Made by a program: the position numbers and the translations under genes
Part shown: one piece after another, positions 15,987 to 26,800 of the stretch
Numbering within the stretch: position 1 is the stretch's first letter
Layout of the letters: every line of letters starts with the position of its first letter
Notes under the pieces: model-generated
Told to the model about the DNA's origin: nothing
The model's database searches: none
What the model saw: the letters and a program-made list of their open reading frames with translations, nothing else
Sequence record: SRR20825010_1483
Direction: 5' to 3' (one strand)
Length of the DNA stretch: 58,498 bases

Positions 15987-17273
15987 CTAATACGGAATCC
16001 TCTCTTCATGCGGATCCATTTCCGGATATTCCAGCATTCTCTCCAATTCTGCCTCTAGCTCTGGCGTAATAATGTGCTCGATGGTTTCGGCATCTTCATG
16101 CACGTGATCAGATGCGATTTTAACATAGGTGGAAAGGTATAACTCCCAAAGCCTGTGTAGCTTAACAACTCTTTGTCCTTTTTGTCTTCCTACTTCGGTA
16201 AACATCCAATCTCCCTTGACTCTTTGTAGGTAGCCTTGTCGTTTTAATCGTTTCAAGGAAGAAGTCAGTCTATTTTTCGGAAAGTACCTTTTCTCAACGA
16301 TCTCATTCACTGTTCTGCCCTTGTACATGTCTTCGTCTTTTTCACCCAAGTGGAAAAGTGCTTTCAGTAGGTTTTCATCCATAATTTGGACTTGTAGCTT
16401 TCTTTGAGAGAAATACCTTGAAAATATCCCGCGTTTAGGCGCAATGAAAAAGGAGCTAAGCGCAATGGCGGAAATAATCATTACGATCCATGGACCCGTA
16501 GGCATTGCAGGAGCAACGAAACTCACGTAAGCGCCAGCCAGACCTGAAACTGACCCCATAATGGCCGCAATCATTGTCATTTGCTTTACATCGTTGGTCC
16601 AGAAACGTGCGGCAGCAGCTGGAGTAATCAACATTGCCGCCATTAATACTACACCCACAGCTTGAATACCCGTTACTACAGCCAATACGGTTAATGTGGT
16701 TAACAATAGATCAATAGCCTTAACTGGTAAACCTAAAGCTTTGGCGTAATTAGAATCAAAAGCGATGATTTTAAGCTCCTTGAAAAACAGCGTAACCGTT
16801 AATATTAAAATGACTGCTACTATGCTGAAAACAATCAGGTCTCTACCTACCAAGGCAGCAGCTTTACCAAATAGAAAGGAGTCTAGGCCGGTTTGTGCAG
16901 CATTACCACTGTGCTGAATATTGGTAAGCATTAGAATGCCTATGCCAAAGAAAACGGATAACACCAAGGCAATGGCGGTGTCTTCTTTTAGCTTGGTTCT
17001 TTTAGTTATGGCATCAATAATCACAAGCGATAACCAGCCCGTGATAAAAGCTCCGATGATCAGAATTAATGGGTTTTTAGTACCTGAAAGAACAAAGGCC
17101 AAACAAATACCCGGCAATACAGAGTGTGCTACTGCATCGCCTACTAATGCTTTTTTTCGAAGAAAGGTGAACGTGCCCACCACAGCGGAAGAAGCCGTAA
17201 GGAGTATAGCGCCAATCACTACGCTGACTATACTTGAGTCTTGAAATGAAAAGAATTCTATGAAAGTATCCAT
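15987..17273 (-). CDS. Metal ABC permease (TroC/MntC-like) fused to a C-terminal DtxR-type domain
   Basis: GDAVAHSVLPG permease motif; C-terminal HRLWELYL...HVHEDAETIEH...YPEMDPH. Confidence 0.92.
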   Translation of the reverse strand: MDTFIEFFSFQDSSIVSVVIGAILLTASSAVVGTFTFLRKKALVGDAVAHSVLPGICLAFVLSGTKNPLILIIGAFITGWLSLVIIDAITKRTKLKEDTAIALVLSVFFGIGILMLTNIQHSGNAAQTGLDSFLFGKAAALVGRDLIVFSIVAVILILTVTLFFKELKIIAFDSNYAKALGLPVKAIDLLLTTLTVLAVVTGIQAVGVVLMAAMLITPAAAARFWTNDVKQMTMIAAIMGSVSGLAGAYVSFVAPAMPTGPWIVMIISAIALSSFFIAPKRGIFSRYFSQRKLQVQIMDENLLKALFHLGEKDEDMYKGRTVNEIVEKRYFPKNRLTSSLKRLKRQGYLQRVKGDWMFTEVGRQKGQRVVKLHRLWELYLSTYVKIASDHVHEDAETIEHIITPELEAELERMLEYPEMDPHEERIPY

Positions 17274-17274
17274 A

Positions 17275-18096
17275 TCAGTACTTCTCTCTACTAGGGATTT
17301 GACGTTTTTTTACCAGTTCACCTACTTCGGCTAATACCGTGAGTTTGCCACCATAGGTTTCTTGAAGCATTTCGTTGGTGAATACTTTATCGATAGGGCC
17401 AGAGGCTACCAATCGCATATTCAGCAATACTATCCAGTCGAAAAATTCAGCTGCGGATTGAAGGTCGTGGTGGACTACAATTACAGTTTTGCCTTGGGCT
17501 GTCATTTCTTGCATAATGCCTAAAATGGCTGATTCTGTTGCTGCATCTACACCTGCGAAGGGTTCGTCCATAAAATAGAGGTCGGCTTCTTGTGCCAATG
17601 CCCTTGCTAAGAATACCCGCTGTTGTTGTCCGCCAGAGAGCTGTGAAATCTGACGATCGGTGTAGTTTTCCATGCCTACTTTTCGAAGACAGTTCATGGC
17701 CATTTCTTTGTCCGCTTTTCTTGGTCTTGCGAGTAAGCCGAGTTTGGCATATCTCCCCATTAAAACCACATCGAGTACTGAGGTAGGGAAGTCCCAGTCT
17801 ACGGTTTCGCGTTGTGGAACATAGCTTACTTTGTCCCGCACTTTATCTAACGGTGCACCAAACATTTCTACATAACCAGAGCCGAGGGGTAAAAGCCCCA
17901 TTGCCGCTTTGATCAAAGTGGATTTTCCCGCACCGTTTGGACCAATAATTCCAATGAGAGCACCTTTTGGCAAAGTCATGTCGATATTCCAAAGTACAGG
18001 CTTTTTGTGATATGACACTGTGAGGTCATGAAATTCAACTGCTGGATTCTGTGCTTCTATTCTCATTTGATTTCGTTCTTGGTTTAGGCCATTCAC
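17275..18096 (-). CDS. Metal ABC transporter ATP-binding protein (TroB/MntB-like; start may be 18066)
   Basis: GPNGAGKST, LSGGQQQR, MDEPFAGVD. Confidence 0.95.
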   Translation of the reverse strand: MNGLNQERNQMRIEAQNPAVEFHDLTVSYHKKPVLWNIDMTLPKGALIGIIGPNGAGKSTLIKAAMGLLPLGSGYVEMFGAPLDKVRDKVSYVPQRETVDWDFPTSVLDVVLMGRYAKLGLLARPRKADKEMAMNCLRKVGMENYTDRQISQLSGGQQQRVFLARALAQEADLYFMDEPFAGVDAATESAILGIMQEMTAQGKTVIVVHHDLQSAAEFFDWIVLLNMRLVASGPIDKVFTNEMLQETYGGKLTVLAEVGELVKKRQIPSREKY

Positions 18097-18143
18097 AATT
18101 TGATAGATGTGCCAAAAGAGACTGGTATTTATTTTTATTGTAA

Positions 18144-19055
18144 CTACTTTAAGGCATTAATAATGACGTCCACATTAGCTTTTACCATTCCAATATAAGT
18201 GCCTTCAGCAGTGCCTGCTGTGCCCATTGCATCAGAATATAATTTTCCACCAATCACAACATTATGTCCTTTTTGCTGGCAGCCCTCAATAATTGCTTTG
18301 ATGTTTTTCTCTGATACTGAGGTTTCTACAAATACAGCCTTAATCTTTCTGTCCACGATGAAATTCACCAGGTCCACACGGTCTTTCAAACCAAATTCCG
18401 ATAGGGTAGAGATGCCTTGTAGTCCACGAACCTCTATTCCATAAGCCCTTCCAAAATAGCTAAAAGCATCGTGTGCAGTAATTAAATTCCTTTGGGTTGA
18501 TGGAATAGAACTGATTTGTGTAGTAACCCATTCATGTAGTTCATTTAACTCCTTGGCATAGGTAATGGCGTTCGATTCGTAGAAGGCTTGGTTGTCAGGG
18601 TCAGCCTCAATCATGGTAGAGAGTACTTCTTTGATTGTTGCTCCCCAGATACTCACATCAAACCAAATGTGTGGGTCTATAGCGCCAGTAAAAACAGGGT
18701 CAGAAATAAGGAGTGTCGGGTCTATACCCCTAGCAACGGGTACTACAGTTTTAATGCGTTCTAGCTTTTCAAAAACTTCGCCCATTTTACCTTCAAGGTG
18801 AAGCCCGTTATAAAAGATGATGTCAGCACCTTGTAATCGACTTAAGTCGCCTTGAGTAGCCTTGTAAAGGTGTGGATCAACACCTGGCCCCATAAGTGCG
18901 GTTACAGATACGGAGTCTTTACCGATGTTCTTGGCTACATCGGCAATCATACCGGTAGTTGTTACAATGGTTAGCTTTTCGTTATTAGTCTCTTTTGGGT
19001 TGCCGCAGGCGAATAAAAGAAAACTAAGAATTAGAGGTAAGAAGTGCTTTTTCAT
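18144..19055 (-). CDS. Metal ABC substrate-binding lipoprotein (TroA/MntA-like)
   Basis: Lipobox LFAC; GVDPHLY, DPHIW, HDAFSYF. Confidence 0.95.
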   Translation of the reverse strand: MKKHFLPLILSFLLFACGNPKETNNEKLTIVTTTGMIADVAKNIGKDSVSVTALMGPGVDPHLYKATQGDLSRLQGADIIFYNGLHLEGKMGEVFEKLERIKTVVPVARGIDPTLLISDPVFTGAIDPHIWFDVSIWGATIKEVLSTMIEADPDNQAFYESNAITYAKELNELHEWVTTQISSIPSTQRNLITAHDAFSYFGRAYGIEVRGLQGISTLSEFGLKDRVDLVNFIVDRKIKAVFVETSVSEKNIKAIIEGCQQKGHNVVIGGKLYSDAMGTAGTAEGTYIGMVKANVDVIINALK

Positions 19056-19711
19056 GCTTCAGATAGCAAAATGTTTTCCGCTACAGTAAGGGAAATGGTG
19101 ATAGATTTTTTGTTGTCGATTGTAATGTCCACTGAACCGTCAAACTCCATACGATCGTCTATGGTAAGCTTGGTGCCAATTGAAATCCCAACTTTATCAA
19201 GGTATTTCAGAAAAGAGGTGCTAGAGTCGTTTACGCCTACCACAATGCCTTGAATACCAATTGAGAGCTCTGATATTGGGTCTTTTCGCTTTTCAATGAG
19301 TTGACCATTTTCATCAGGGATGGGGTCGCCATGTGGATCGTATTTGGGAAAGCCCAAAAACTCATCCAATCGCTGAATAAGTAGGGGAGACTTAATGTGC
19401 TCTAACTGCTCGGCAACATCATGCACCTGATCCCAATGGAAATTGAGCTTGTCGACCAAAAAGACTTCCCACAAACGGTGCTTTCTGATTACGTGCAAGG
19501 CTTTCTTTCTTCCTTCGTCAGAAACATTGACCCCTTTGTACTTTTGATATTGCACCACCTTCTTTTGAGAAAGTCTCTTGATCATATCACTTACAGAAGC
19601 CGGGGCGGTCTTCATTTCCTCCGAAAGGGCATTGGTGTTTACTGCGCGCTTACCTCCTTCTGACAGGTGATAGATGGCCTTTAAATAGTTCTCTTCTACA
19701 AAACTCAGCAT
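19052..19711 (-). CDS. mntR: DtxR/MntR metal-dependent repressor with FeoA domain
   Basis: EENYLKAIYHL, RKHRLWEVFL, AEQLEH, DPHGDPIP. Confidence 0.9.
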   Translation of the reverse strand: MLSFVEENYLKAIYHLSEGGKRAVNTNALSEEMKTAPASVSDMIKRLSQKKVVQYQKYKGVNVSDEGRKKALHVIRKHRLWEVFLVDKLNFHWDQVHDVAEQLEHIKSPLLIQRLDEFLGFPKYDPHGDPIPDENGQLIEKRKDPISELSIGIQGIVVGVNDSSTSFLKYLDKVGISIGTKLTIDDRMEFDGSVDITIDNKKSITISLTVAENILLSEA

Positions 19712-19773
19712 ATACGTTTTCTTAATGAATACCTGTTAGTGGTATTGATAATAAACTGAAGTACGAATATACG

Positions 19774-19791
19774 TTTTAGAATAGTCTAAAA
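19774..19791. promoter_or_regulatory. Candidate DtxR/MntR box 1
   Basis: TTTTAGA-ATAG-TCTAAAA palindrome upstream of mntR. Confidence 0.65.
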
Positions 19792-19873
19792 AAAATGTGA
19801 TCCTATACGAAATCTTGTAATTTTCATTTCAAATATATGAAGTACAGGTAGTTAATGTTTATAAAAAATATTT

Positions 19874-19889
19874 TTTAGATTAACCTAAA
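19874..19889. promoter_or_regulatory. Candidate DtxR/MntR box 2
   Basis: TTTAG-ATTAAC-CTAAA, same TTTAG-N6-CTAAA spacing as box 1. Confidence 0.5.
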
Positions 19890-21019
19890 TTAGGTTCGTG
19901 AAGAGATTTTATGAACGATATGAGCTTATGTTCCTCGGTGCTCCAAAGGCTATTTTCAGGTTTGCCTACTGTATAGAACTTTGAGCTTTTCATTAGCTCA
20001 AGTAGGTGCGCTGGGTTTAATTGGCTTGGGTTGATGGCAAGCGCGGCATTATATTCTTTGCAGAACCTTACCCAAGTAGGGTTGTCAAGAATAATCATAG
20101 GTAACCTGTTAGCGCTATATTCAAATAAACGCGTTAAAAGCTTGTCGTCATTAACGCCATTGTTCGGTTTTTTGAGCACAAAGCCAAAATCAGCTTCTTT
20201 TATTTCCTGAATAATTTGATGGTGGGGAACAAGGAAGTCACCGCCAATTAACTCTATATATTCTTTGCCCTTAATAGCCTCTTGTAGCTTTTTAAGGTCC
20301 TTTTTGAGTGCGCAGTAACCGATAATGCGCAATCTTATGTTGGAATCAATCTGGTGAAGCTGATCTGTAATTTCAATGGCTTCGAATATTCCGTTTGAAG
20401 CTGAAATGGTTCCTGAATACAGTAATACGGTGTTTTCTGAATTCAACCCAGGGTCGCTTTCAGCCACTTCAACAGGCATAAACTTGTTTTCGATCACGAT
20501 GGATTTATGGTTAGGAATAAAGCCTAACTGTTTGGTATAAACTCTTTCTGCCAAGATAAACCCGTCAAATAGTGGTTTTGTGATGAGTTCTTTCGCCCGA
20601 ACATAAGCCGCCAAAAAGGGCTTGAGAATAGGGTTAAACACGTTGGTGTTCCGAATGTTTTTCACGTAGTTTTCCCTTACATCGTAGATAATTCGCCCAC
20701 CAAATAATATTCTGTATATAGAGGTAACTATCAGTAATTCATGTGTATTACATATAATAATCTGAGGCTTTACTTTAATGTAAGTTTTGAATATTTTTAA
20801 AGAACTTGTGATGCGATCGAAGGACATTCTTCCGAATGGACCATGAGGATAAAAATGAATTGAATCGTGGGTTAACGTATTTTTTGAAGTAAAGCCTATG
20901 ATATTAACCTCATATTCGTTTGTTTTCGCCAGAGAAACACCAAACTTCTCATACATGCGAGAATCGTCAATAGGCTTTAGCGTAGAAGCTATAAGAAGTT
21001 TGGTCTTGTTCATAAACAT
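19880..21019 (-). CDS. GT-B/GT4-like glycosyltransferase
   Basis: DDSRMYEK, IYDVREN, LLYSGTIS, RLFEY motifs. Confidence 0.8.
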   Translation of the reverse strand: MFMNKTKLLIASTLKPIDDSRMYEKFGVSLAKTNEYEVNIIGFTSKNTLTHDSIHFYPHGPFGRMSFDRITSSLKIFKTYIKVKPQIIICNTHELLIVTSIYRILFGGRIIYDVRENYVKNIRNTNVFNPILKPFLAAYVRAKELITKPLFDGFILAERVYTKQLGFIPNHKSIVIENKFMPVEVAESDPGLNSENTVLLYSGTISASNGIFEAIEITDQLHQIDSNIRLRIIGYCALKKDLKKLQEAIKGKEYIELIGGDFLVPHHQIIQEIKEADFGFVLKKPNNGVNDDKLLTRLFEYSANRLPMIILDNPTWVRFCKEYNAALAINPSQLNPAHLLELMKSSKFYTVGKPENSLWSTEEHKLISFIKSLHEPNLG

Positions 21020-21048
21020 TCGAATTTATTGAAAATTTCTAACTACTG

Positions 21049-21864
21049 ATGGAGGCATTAAAGAAGATCATTGAGGCGGCTTGGGATAACCGAGAATTAT
21101 TAAAAGAGAAACAGACGATTTTGGCTGTGAAAACAGTGATCGAAGACCTTGATAGCGGAACCATTCGTGTTGCTGAACCGACCGTGGATGGATGGCAGGT
21201 AAATGAGTGGATTAAGAAAGCGGTAATCCTATATTTCCCCTTGCAGAAAATGCAAACTATCGAAGTTGGTCCATTTGAGTTTCATGATAAGATACGATTG
21301 AAAACAGGTTATGCGAGCAAGGGAATCCGTGTGGTACCTCATGCTGTTGCTCGTTATGGTGCATACATAAGCAGTGGTGTAGTAATGATGCCGTCTTATG
21401 TGAATATTGGTGCTTATGTAGATGCAGGTACTATGATCGATACATGGGCAACTGTAGGCAGTTGTGCTCAAATTGGTAAAGATGTACACCTTAGTGGAGG
21501 AGTTGGGATTGGCGGAGTGCTAGAACCCGTACAGGCGGCTCCAGTGATTATAGAAGATGGAGCTTTTATTGGCTCTCGTTGTATTGTGGTAGAAGGCGTG
21601 AGGGTTGGAAAAGAAGCTGTTTTAGGAGCGAACGTCACTTTAACAGGAAGTTCTAAAATCATTGATGTAACAGGTGATACTCCCGTAATATACAAAGGTT
21701 ATGTACCTGAAAGGTCAGTGGTAATTCCAGGTTCTTATGCAAAAGAGTTTCCTGCTGGTACTTATAATGTTCCAGCTGCGTTGATTATTGGCCAGAGAAA
21801 AGAGAGTACAGATAAAAAAACTTCCTTGAACGAAGCCTTGCGCGAAAATAATGTTGCCGTGTAA
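21049..21864 (+). CDS. dapD: Tetrahydrodipicolinate N-succinyltransferase
   Basis: WQVNEWIKKAVILYF, MPSYVNIGAYVD, HLSGGVGIGGVLEP. Confidence 0.97.
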   Translation: MEALKKIIEAAWDNRELLKEKQTILAVKTVIEDLDSGTIRVAEPTVDGWQVNEWIKKAVILYFPLQKMQTIEVGPFEFHDKIRLKTGYASKGIRVVPHAVARYGAYISSGVVMMPSYVNIGAYVDAGTMIDTWATVGSCAQIGKDVHLSGGVGIGGVLEPVQAAPVIIEDGAFIGSRCIVVEGVRVGKEAVLGANVTLTGSSKIIDVTGDTPVIYKGYVPERSVVIPGSYAKEFPAGTYNVPAALIIGQRKESTDKKTSLNEALRENNVAV

Positions 21865-21916
21865 AAATGGGAATGAATCTCTCAAATTGAGAAGATTATC
21901 AGTATAAAAATATATC

Positions 21917-21947
21917 TAAGCCACTGAATGTCAGTGGCTTATTTTTT
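21917..21947 (+). terminator. Intrinsic terminator after dapD
   Basis: TAAGCCACTGA-atg-TCAGTGGCTTA followed by T6. Confidence 0.75.
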
Positions 21948-21964
21948 GGTCTCAGCTTTGCAAT

Positions 21965-22052
21965 ACTTTCAGTGTTGTTTTGAGTTGACCATATTGTGGT
22001 TGGGTAGAGTGCTTTCACGCTACCTAAAGGAGGGCCTTCGGGCCCTTCTTCT
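21965..22052 (+). ncRNA. Candidate ~85-nt small RNA
   Basis: Near-consensus -7 box CAGCTTTG (21953-21960), then three hairpins ending in AAGGAGGGCC-TTCG-GGCCCTTCTT. Confidence 0.4.
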
Positions 22053-22178
22053 GTTAAAAACATTGTTGTATTCCGTATAAACAAATACTTTTGCAGCCTT
22101 AAACCATTTATGGCTGAATCAATCTTAAATGTTGTTTGAAACGGATTCATTCTTATAAAACCATTTATATCACATTCA

Positions 22179-22778
22179 ATGAAAAATCGCTTATCTCTTT
22201 TGGTCTTAGTCTTTACGACTTTCTTATTTTCTTGTAACGATGATGTTACCAGAAAAGGAGATCAGCTTTATAATGAAGGGAATTACAAAGAGGCGGTAGA
22301 TGCCTATACAGAATACCTTAAAACCAATCCAAAGGACATCAAATCACTGTATAACCGCGGAAGGGCTTATGAAGAGATGAAGCAATTGGTAAATGCCAAG
22401 AATGATTTTATCAGCGTTTTAGACATTGATGGAGATAACCTAAGTGCCAACCTGAGCATGGGTAAATATTGGTACAATCAAAAAGATTATAACAAGGCCA
22501 TTATATTTTTTGATAAAGTCATTGAACTGGATGGTGTACGTTCCGATGCTTATATGCTCAGAGGCAGAAGCTACCACCAAAAAGGGGAGTTCGACAAAGC
22601 AATGGAAAACTACAACCAAGCAATTAACTTTGATAATGACAATGCTGAGGCATTTCTTTATAGAGGGGCGCTTAAAGTGGCTTTAACTCTAACCAAATCT
22701 GCTTGTCAGGATTTTACTAGGTCTAGCGCTTTGGGGTCTTCTGAGGCATCTGAGGCACTCGCAAAGCATTGTCGTTAG
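22179..22778 (+). CDS. TPR-repeat lipoprotein
   Basis: Lipobox LFSC; TPR motifs LYNRGRAY, AYMLRG, AFLYRG. Confidence 0.9.
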   Translation: MKNRLSLLVLVFTTFLFSCNDDVTRKGDQLYNEGNYKEAVDAYTEYLKTNPKDIKSLYNRGRAYEEMKQLVNAKNDFISVLDIDGDNLSANLSMGKYWYNQKDYNKAIIFFDKVIELDGVRSDAYMLRGRSYHQKGEFDKAMENYNQAINFDNDNAEAFLYRGALKVALTLTKSACQDFTRSSALGSSEASEALAKHCR

Positions 22779-22792
22779 ACTTTATAATTTAT

Positions 22793-23794
22793 TTAAAACC
22801 ATTTCGAAATCATTAAACTTCCTTCTAGGGCGTTTTCTAGTTCGTCTGAAATGCCGGGGAAAAAGTCTAGTCCTGTCAATTGTTCTACGCTGTCGATTGT
22901 GACAACAAAAGACGAAAGTGGAGCAGCACTCGCTTCATTCTTCATTAAGAAGGCAATGGCTTTAATCTCTGGTTTCCTCATGTCGAGAATGACCTTGTAA
23001 TAGTATTCTGGAACTGAGACTTGGTTCGAGCCTATGGTTTTGTGTTTTTTGTTCAATACTGGTCCTGTAACTACATAAACCTGATCATTTTCCATGGCCC
23101 AAGTTCTTACTTGATCTTCCAATTTCTTCCAAATTCCACGGTTGAATGAAGGGGCTTGCGGACTCATATTGCTCATAAAGAAGGATTGACTTAAAGCGAA
23201 TTCGCTATAAGAGAAATCTGCAGCAGGAGCCAAGTGCCCACGATCAAAACCACTCTCTTTATAATCGGTTAAAGCGGCTGAACCAGTTTTTATTCTGGTG
23301 TCTGCTCTGAAATCATCTTTTCTGTCAAAAGCGGTTTGTTTTAAGCTGTCGGCATATAAGATGTAAGCCACCCATAATGCTTGTTCGTGTTCTTCGCTAT
23401 AGCGCAAAGTGTAATAAGGTCTCTCTATAATTGCCTGAGATGTCTCATATGCTGGCCACACAAAATCAAATGCTTTGATGAAATAAAGGTCGTAAGTATC
23501 AAAGTCTACTTTGCTTTCTTCTTGCTTTGGTTGGTTTTCCTTTTCTGACTTTGGAATTTCCTGCTTAGGGTCAATTTTTTCTGGAGCTAAAACAGGGTTT
23601 ACTTCTTCATCAAAGAATGAAGGAATTAGTTTTTCTTCCTTGATAGCCAAGTAGCCATAGCCTAAACCGATAAGGATAATTAGCCCTAATGAGAATTTCC
23701 AGAGGCTAAAACCTCCTTTTTGTCCCTTTCTACCCGAAGTGGTTTTCTTTTTCGCTGTACCCCGACTTGAAACTGCTGCCTTCCTTTTTGCCAT
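22793..23794 (-). CDS. DNA/RNA non-specific endonuclease (NucA/EndoG family), membrane-anchored
   Basis: DRGHLAPAAD, NMSPQAPSFNRGIW; N-terminal TM segment. Confidence 0.95.
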   Translation of the reverse strand: MAKRKAAVSSRGTAKKKTTSGRKGQKGGFSLWKFSLGLIILIGLGYGYLAIKEEKLIPSFFDEEVNPVLAPEKIDPKQEIPKSEKENQPKQEESKVDFDTYDLYFIKAFDFVWPAYETSQAIIERPYYTLRYSEEHEQALWVAYILYADSLKQTAFDRKDDFRADTRIKTGSAALTDYKESGFDRGHLAPAADFSYSEFALSQSFFMSNMSPQAPSFNRGIWKKLEDQVRTWAMENDQVYVVTGPVLNKKHKTIGSNQVSVPEYYYKVILDMRKPEIKAIAFLMKNEASAAPLSSFVVTIDSVEQLTGLDFFPGISDELENALEGSLMISKWF

Positions 23795-23898
23795 GCCCTC
23801 TTCTGATTTTCCGCAATGATAAAGATATTTTTCTTGAGCGGACTTTTTTTAATTCACTAAATTACTTTTCGTTTTATGAACCAAATTAACCACAATAC

Positions 23899-26800
23899 AT
23901 GAAAGAAGTTAAAATCAAACCACAAACAAAGTGGCTAAAGCACTTTTCTTGGTATCTCTGTTGTCTTACTTTAATCTCCTCAGGTTTTTCATTACAAGCC
24001 AATTACAATTGGCAAGAGGAGAAGCAAGATACAACGGGGCAAACCAGATTTAAAGGATTACCGCTAAAGGCCGAACGTACTTTGGAGTTTAAAACTACCG
24101 AAGGTACTTGGCTTTCATTGGACATTAGCCCTAACGGCCAAACCATTATTTTCGATATGCTGGGCGATATATATACCATGCCTATCAATGGAGGTCAAGC
24201 CACTCGAATCACTGATGGAATGGCTTACGATACCCACCCAAAATTCAGCCCTGATGGAAAAAGCATTGTATTTACTTCGGATAGAAGCGGAAATGACAAT
24301 ATATGGACGATGGAGTTAGAGTCGAAGGAAACCAAGCAAATCACCAAAAGTGAAAACGAGAATTTTCAATCCGCTGAATGGTCACCTGATGGAGATTACA
24401 TAGTAACTTCTAAAGGAAGAAGAAACCTGAAACTGTTCATGTACCACAAAAATGGGGGTGGAGGTTTTGAGTTGATTAAAGAGCCTGCTGGATTGAAGCT
24501 TGTTGAGCCAGCTTTTAGTGCTGATGGTCGTTACATCTATTATTCGCAACGGAATGGTGCATGGAATTATAATGCTCAATTGCCTCAATATCAGGTTGGA
24601 ATGTATGACCGAGACAATGGAGAAAGATCAACGATTACCTCGCGTTACGGCTCAGCATTTACGCCAACTCTATCACCAGATGGAAAGTACTTAGTGTACG
24701 GTTCTCGCTACGAAGAGCAAACAGGTTTAGTCCTACGTGACCTTAAATCTGGAGATGAGCGCTGGTTAGCGTACCCTGTTCAGCGTGATGATCAAGAGTC
24801 TATTGCACCATTGGGCGTTTTACCAGCTATGACTTTTACACCAGACAGTAAAGAACTATTGGCCTCTTACGGAGGTAAAATCTGGAGAATTCCTGTGGCA
24901 GGAGGTGCTGCAAAAGAAATTCCATTCCAAGTGGATGTGGAACTAGAAATGGGGCCTAGGTTGAAATTCAATTATCCAATTTCTGATGATGAAAACATGT
25001 TGGTCACCCAAATCAGGGATGCCGTGCCTTCTCCTGATGGAAAGAGAATGGTGTTTACCGCTTTGAATAGGCTTTATGTAATGGACATTCCTTCGGGCAG
25101 CCCAAGAAGAATTACCGATTTCGAAATGACGGAAGCCATGCCTACATGGTCACCAGATGGTAAATCCATTGCCTTTGTTACTTGGTCTGAAACCGAGGGT
25201 GGAAGTATTTATAAGCTGTTGATGGATGGAAGAGCCAAACCCGTGAAGCTCACCAAAGAGTCTGCTATTTATACGGCACCAGCATGGAATAAGAATGGTA
25301 AAATTGTTTTTACGAAAGGAAGTGCCCAAAACATGAAAGATGCTGAAGGGCCTTCAGCCCCAAGGGCTTCTGAAGATCTAGCTTGGATTAGTGAGAATGG
25401 AGGCGAGGTTAACTTTATTATGAAAACCAATGGACGAGGCAACCCTCATTTTGTTAAAAATGATGACAGGATTTACCTGAGTAGCGGAAGAGGTTTGAGT
25501 TCTGTAAGATGGGATGGAACGGATGAAAAGAATTTAGTCATCATTACCGGAATTACCTCTTATGGGTCTAATCCAGCGGATGACCATTTGGGAGTAGTGG
25601 CTAATAATACTGCATTAAGTGAAACCGACAACTGGCGTGAAAATAATCCTCCAGCCCGTGCGAGTGAAATCTATATGGCGCCTGAAGGAGATAAAGCCAT
25701 GGCCGTGATTAATAATGACATTTACATTGTGACCGTACCTAAGTTGGGGCAAACTCCAACCATTTCTGTAGCCAGTCCAGAGTCGGCCCAATTTCCTGCT
25801 AAGAAGCTGACGGAAATAGGAGGTGAATTCGCCAAGTGGTCTGCTGATGCGAAGAAGGTGCATTGGAGCATTGGTAAAGCCCATTTCATTTATGACTTAG
25901 AAAAAGGAGAAGCTTATTCAGACTCTGTAGCTACGGCCAAAAAAGCCAAAGAGAAGGCCGATAAGGAGAAAACGGAAGAGGAAAAGAAAGAAGAAAAGGA
26001 CGAAGAGAAGGCGGATGAAAAGAAAGAAGAAGCCACCTTTGAGCCTGTTGAGTTCAATGTAGAAGTGAAAGTCAAGAAAGACATCCCTAAAGGCACTGCC
26101 TTATTAAAAGGTGCCCGAATCATCACCATGAATGGAGATCAGGTAATTGAAAATGGGGATATCCTGATTGAAAATGCGCGAATCAAAGCTGTCGGTGCTT
26201 CGGGTACACTTTCAGTACCAAAAGGAACGGAAACCATTGATATGTCGGGTAAAACCATCGTTCCTGGTTTTATAGATACACATGCGCACATGTGGCCAGC
26301 GTGGGGTTTAGAGAAAAATGAGGTTTGGGTTTATGCAGCAAATTTGGCCTATGGAGTTACTGCCACGCGTGACCCTCAAACGGCCACTACCGATGTTTTA
26401 ACATATTCTGACATGGTAGAAACAGGTCAAATTCCTGGCCCGAGAGTGTATTCTACTGGCCCAGGAGTTGGTTATTGGGCGTATAACCTCAAGAGCCTTG
26501 AACAAACCCGAAAGGTGTTAAAGCAGTATTCGGAGTATTACAATACCAAAACGATTAAAATGTATTTGGTAGGAAATAGAAAGCAGCGTCAATGGGTGAT
26601 TCAGGCCGCAAAAGAGCAAGAACTGATGCCAACTACTGAAGGTGGACTGGATTTCAAACTCAACATGACCCAAATGCTTGATGGTTATCCTGGACATGAA
26701 CATTCGTTTCCTATTGCTCCTTTATACAAAGATGTAATTCAGTCGGTGGCCCAATCTAAAATGGCTTACACTTCTACTTTATTAGTGTCCTATGGTGGCC

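Noticed and set aside
21899-22150. 83-aa minus-strand ORF
   Set aside because: Spans terminator and hairpins with no protein-like features; the RNA interpretation fits better.
25938-26040. Purine-rich repetitive stretch in the amidohydrolase gene
   Set aside because: Encodes an ordinary K/E-rich linker, not a DNA repeat element.
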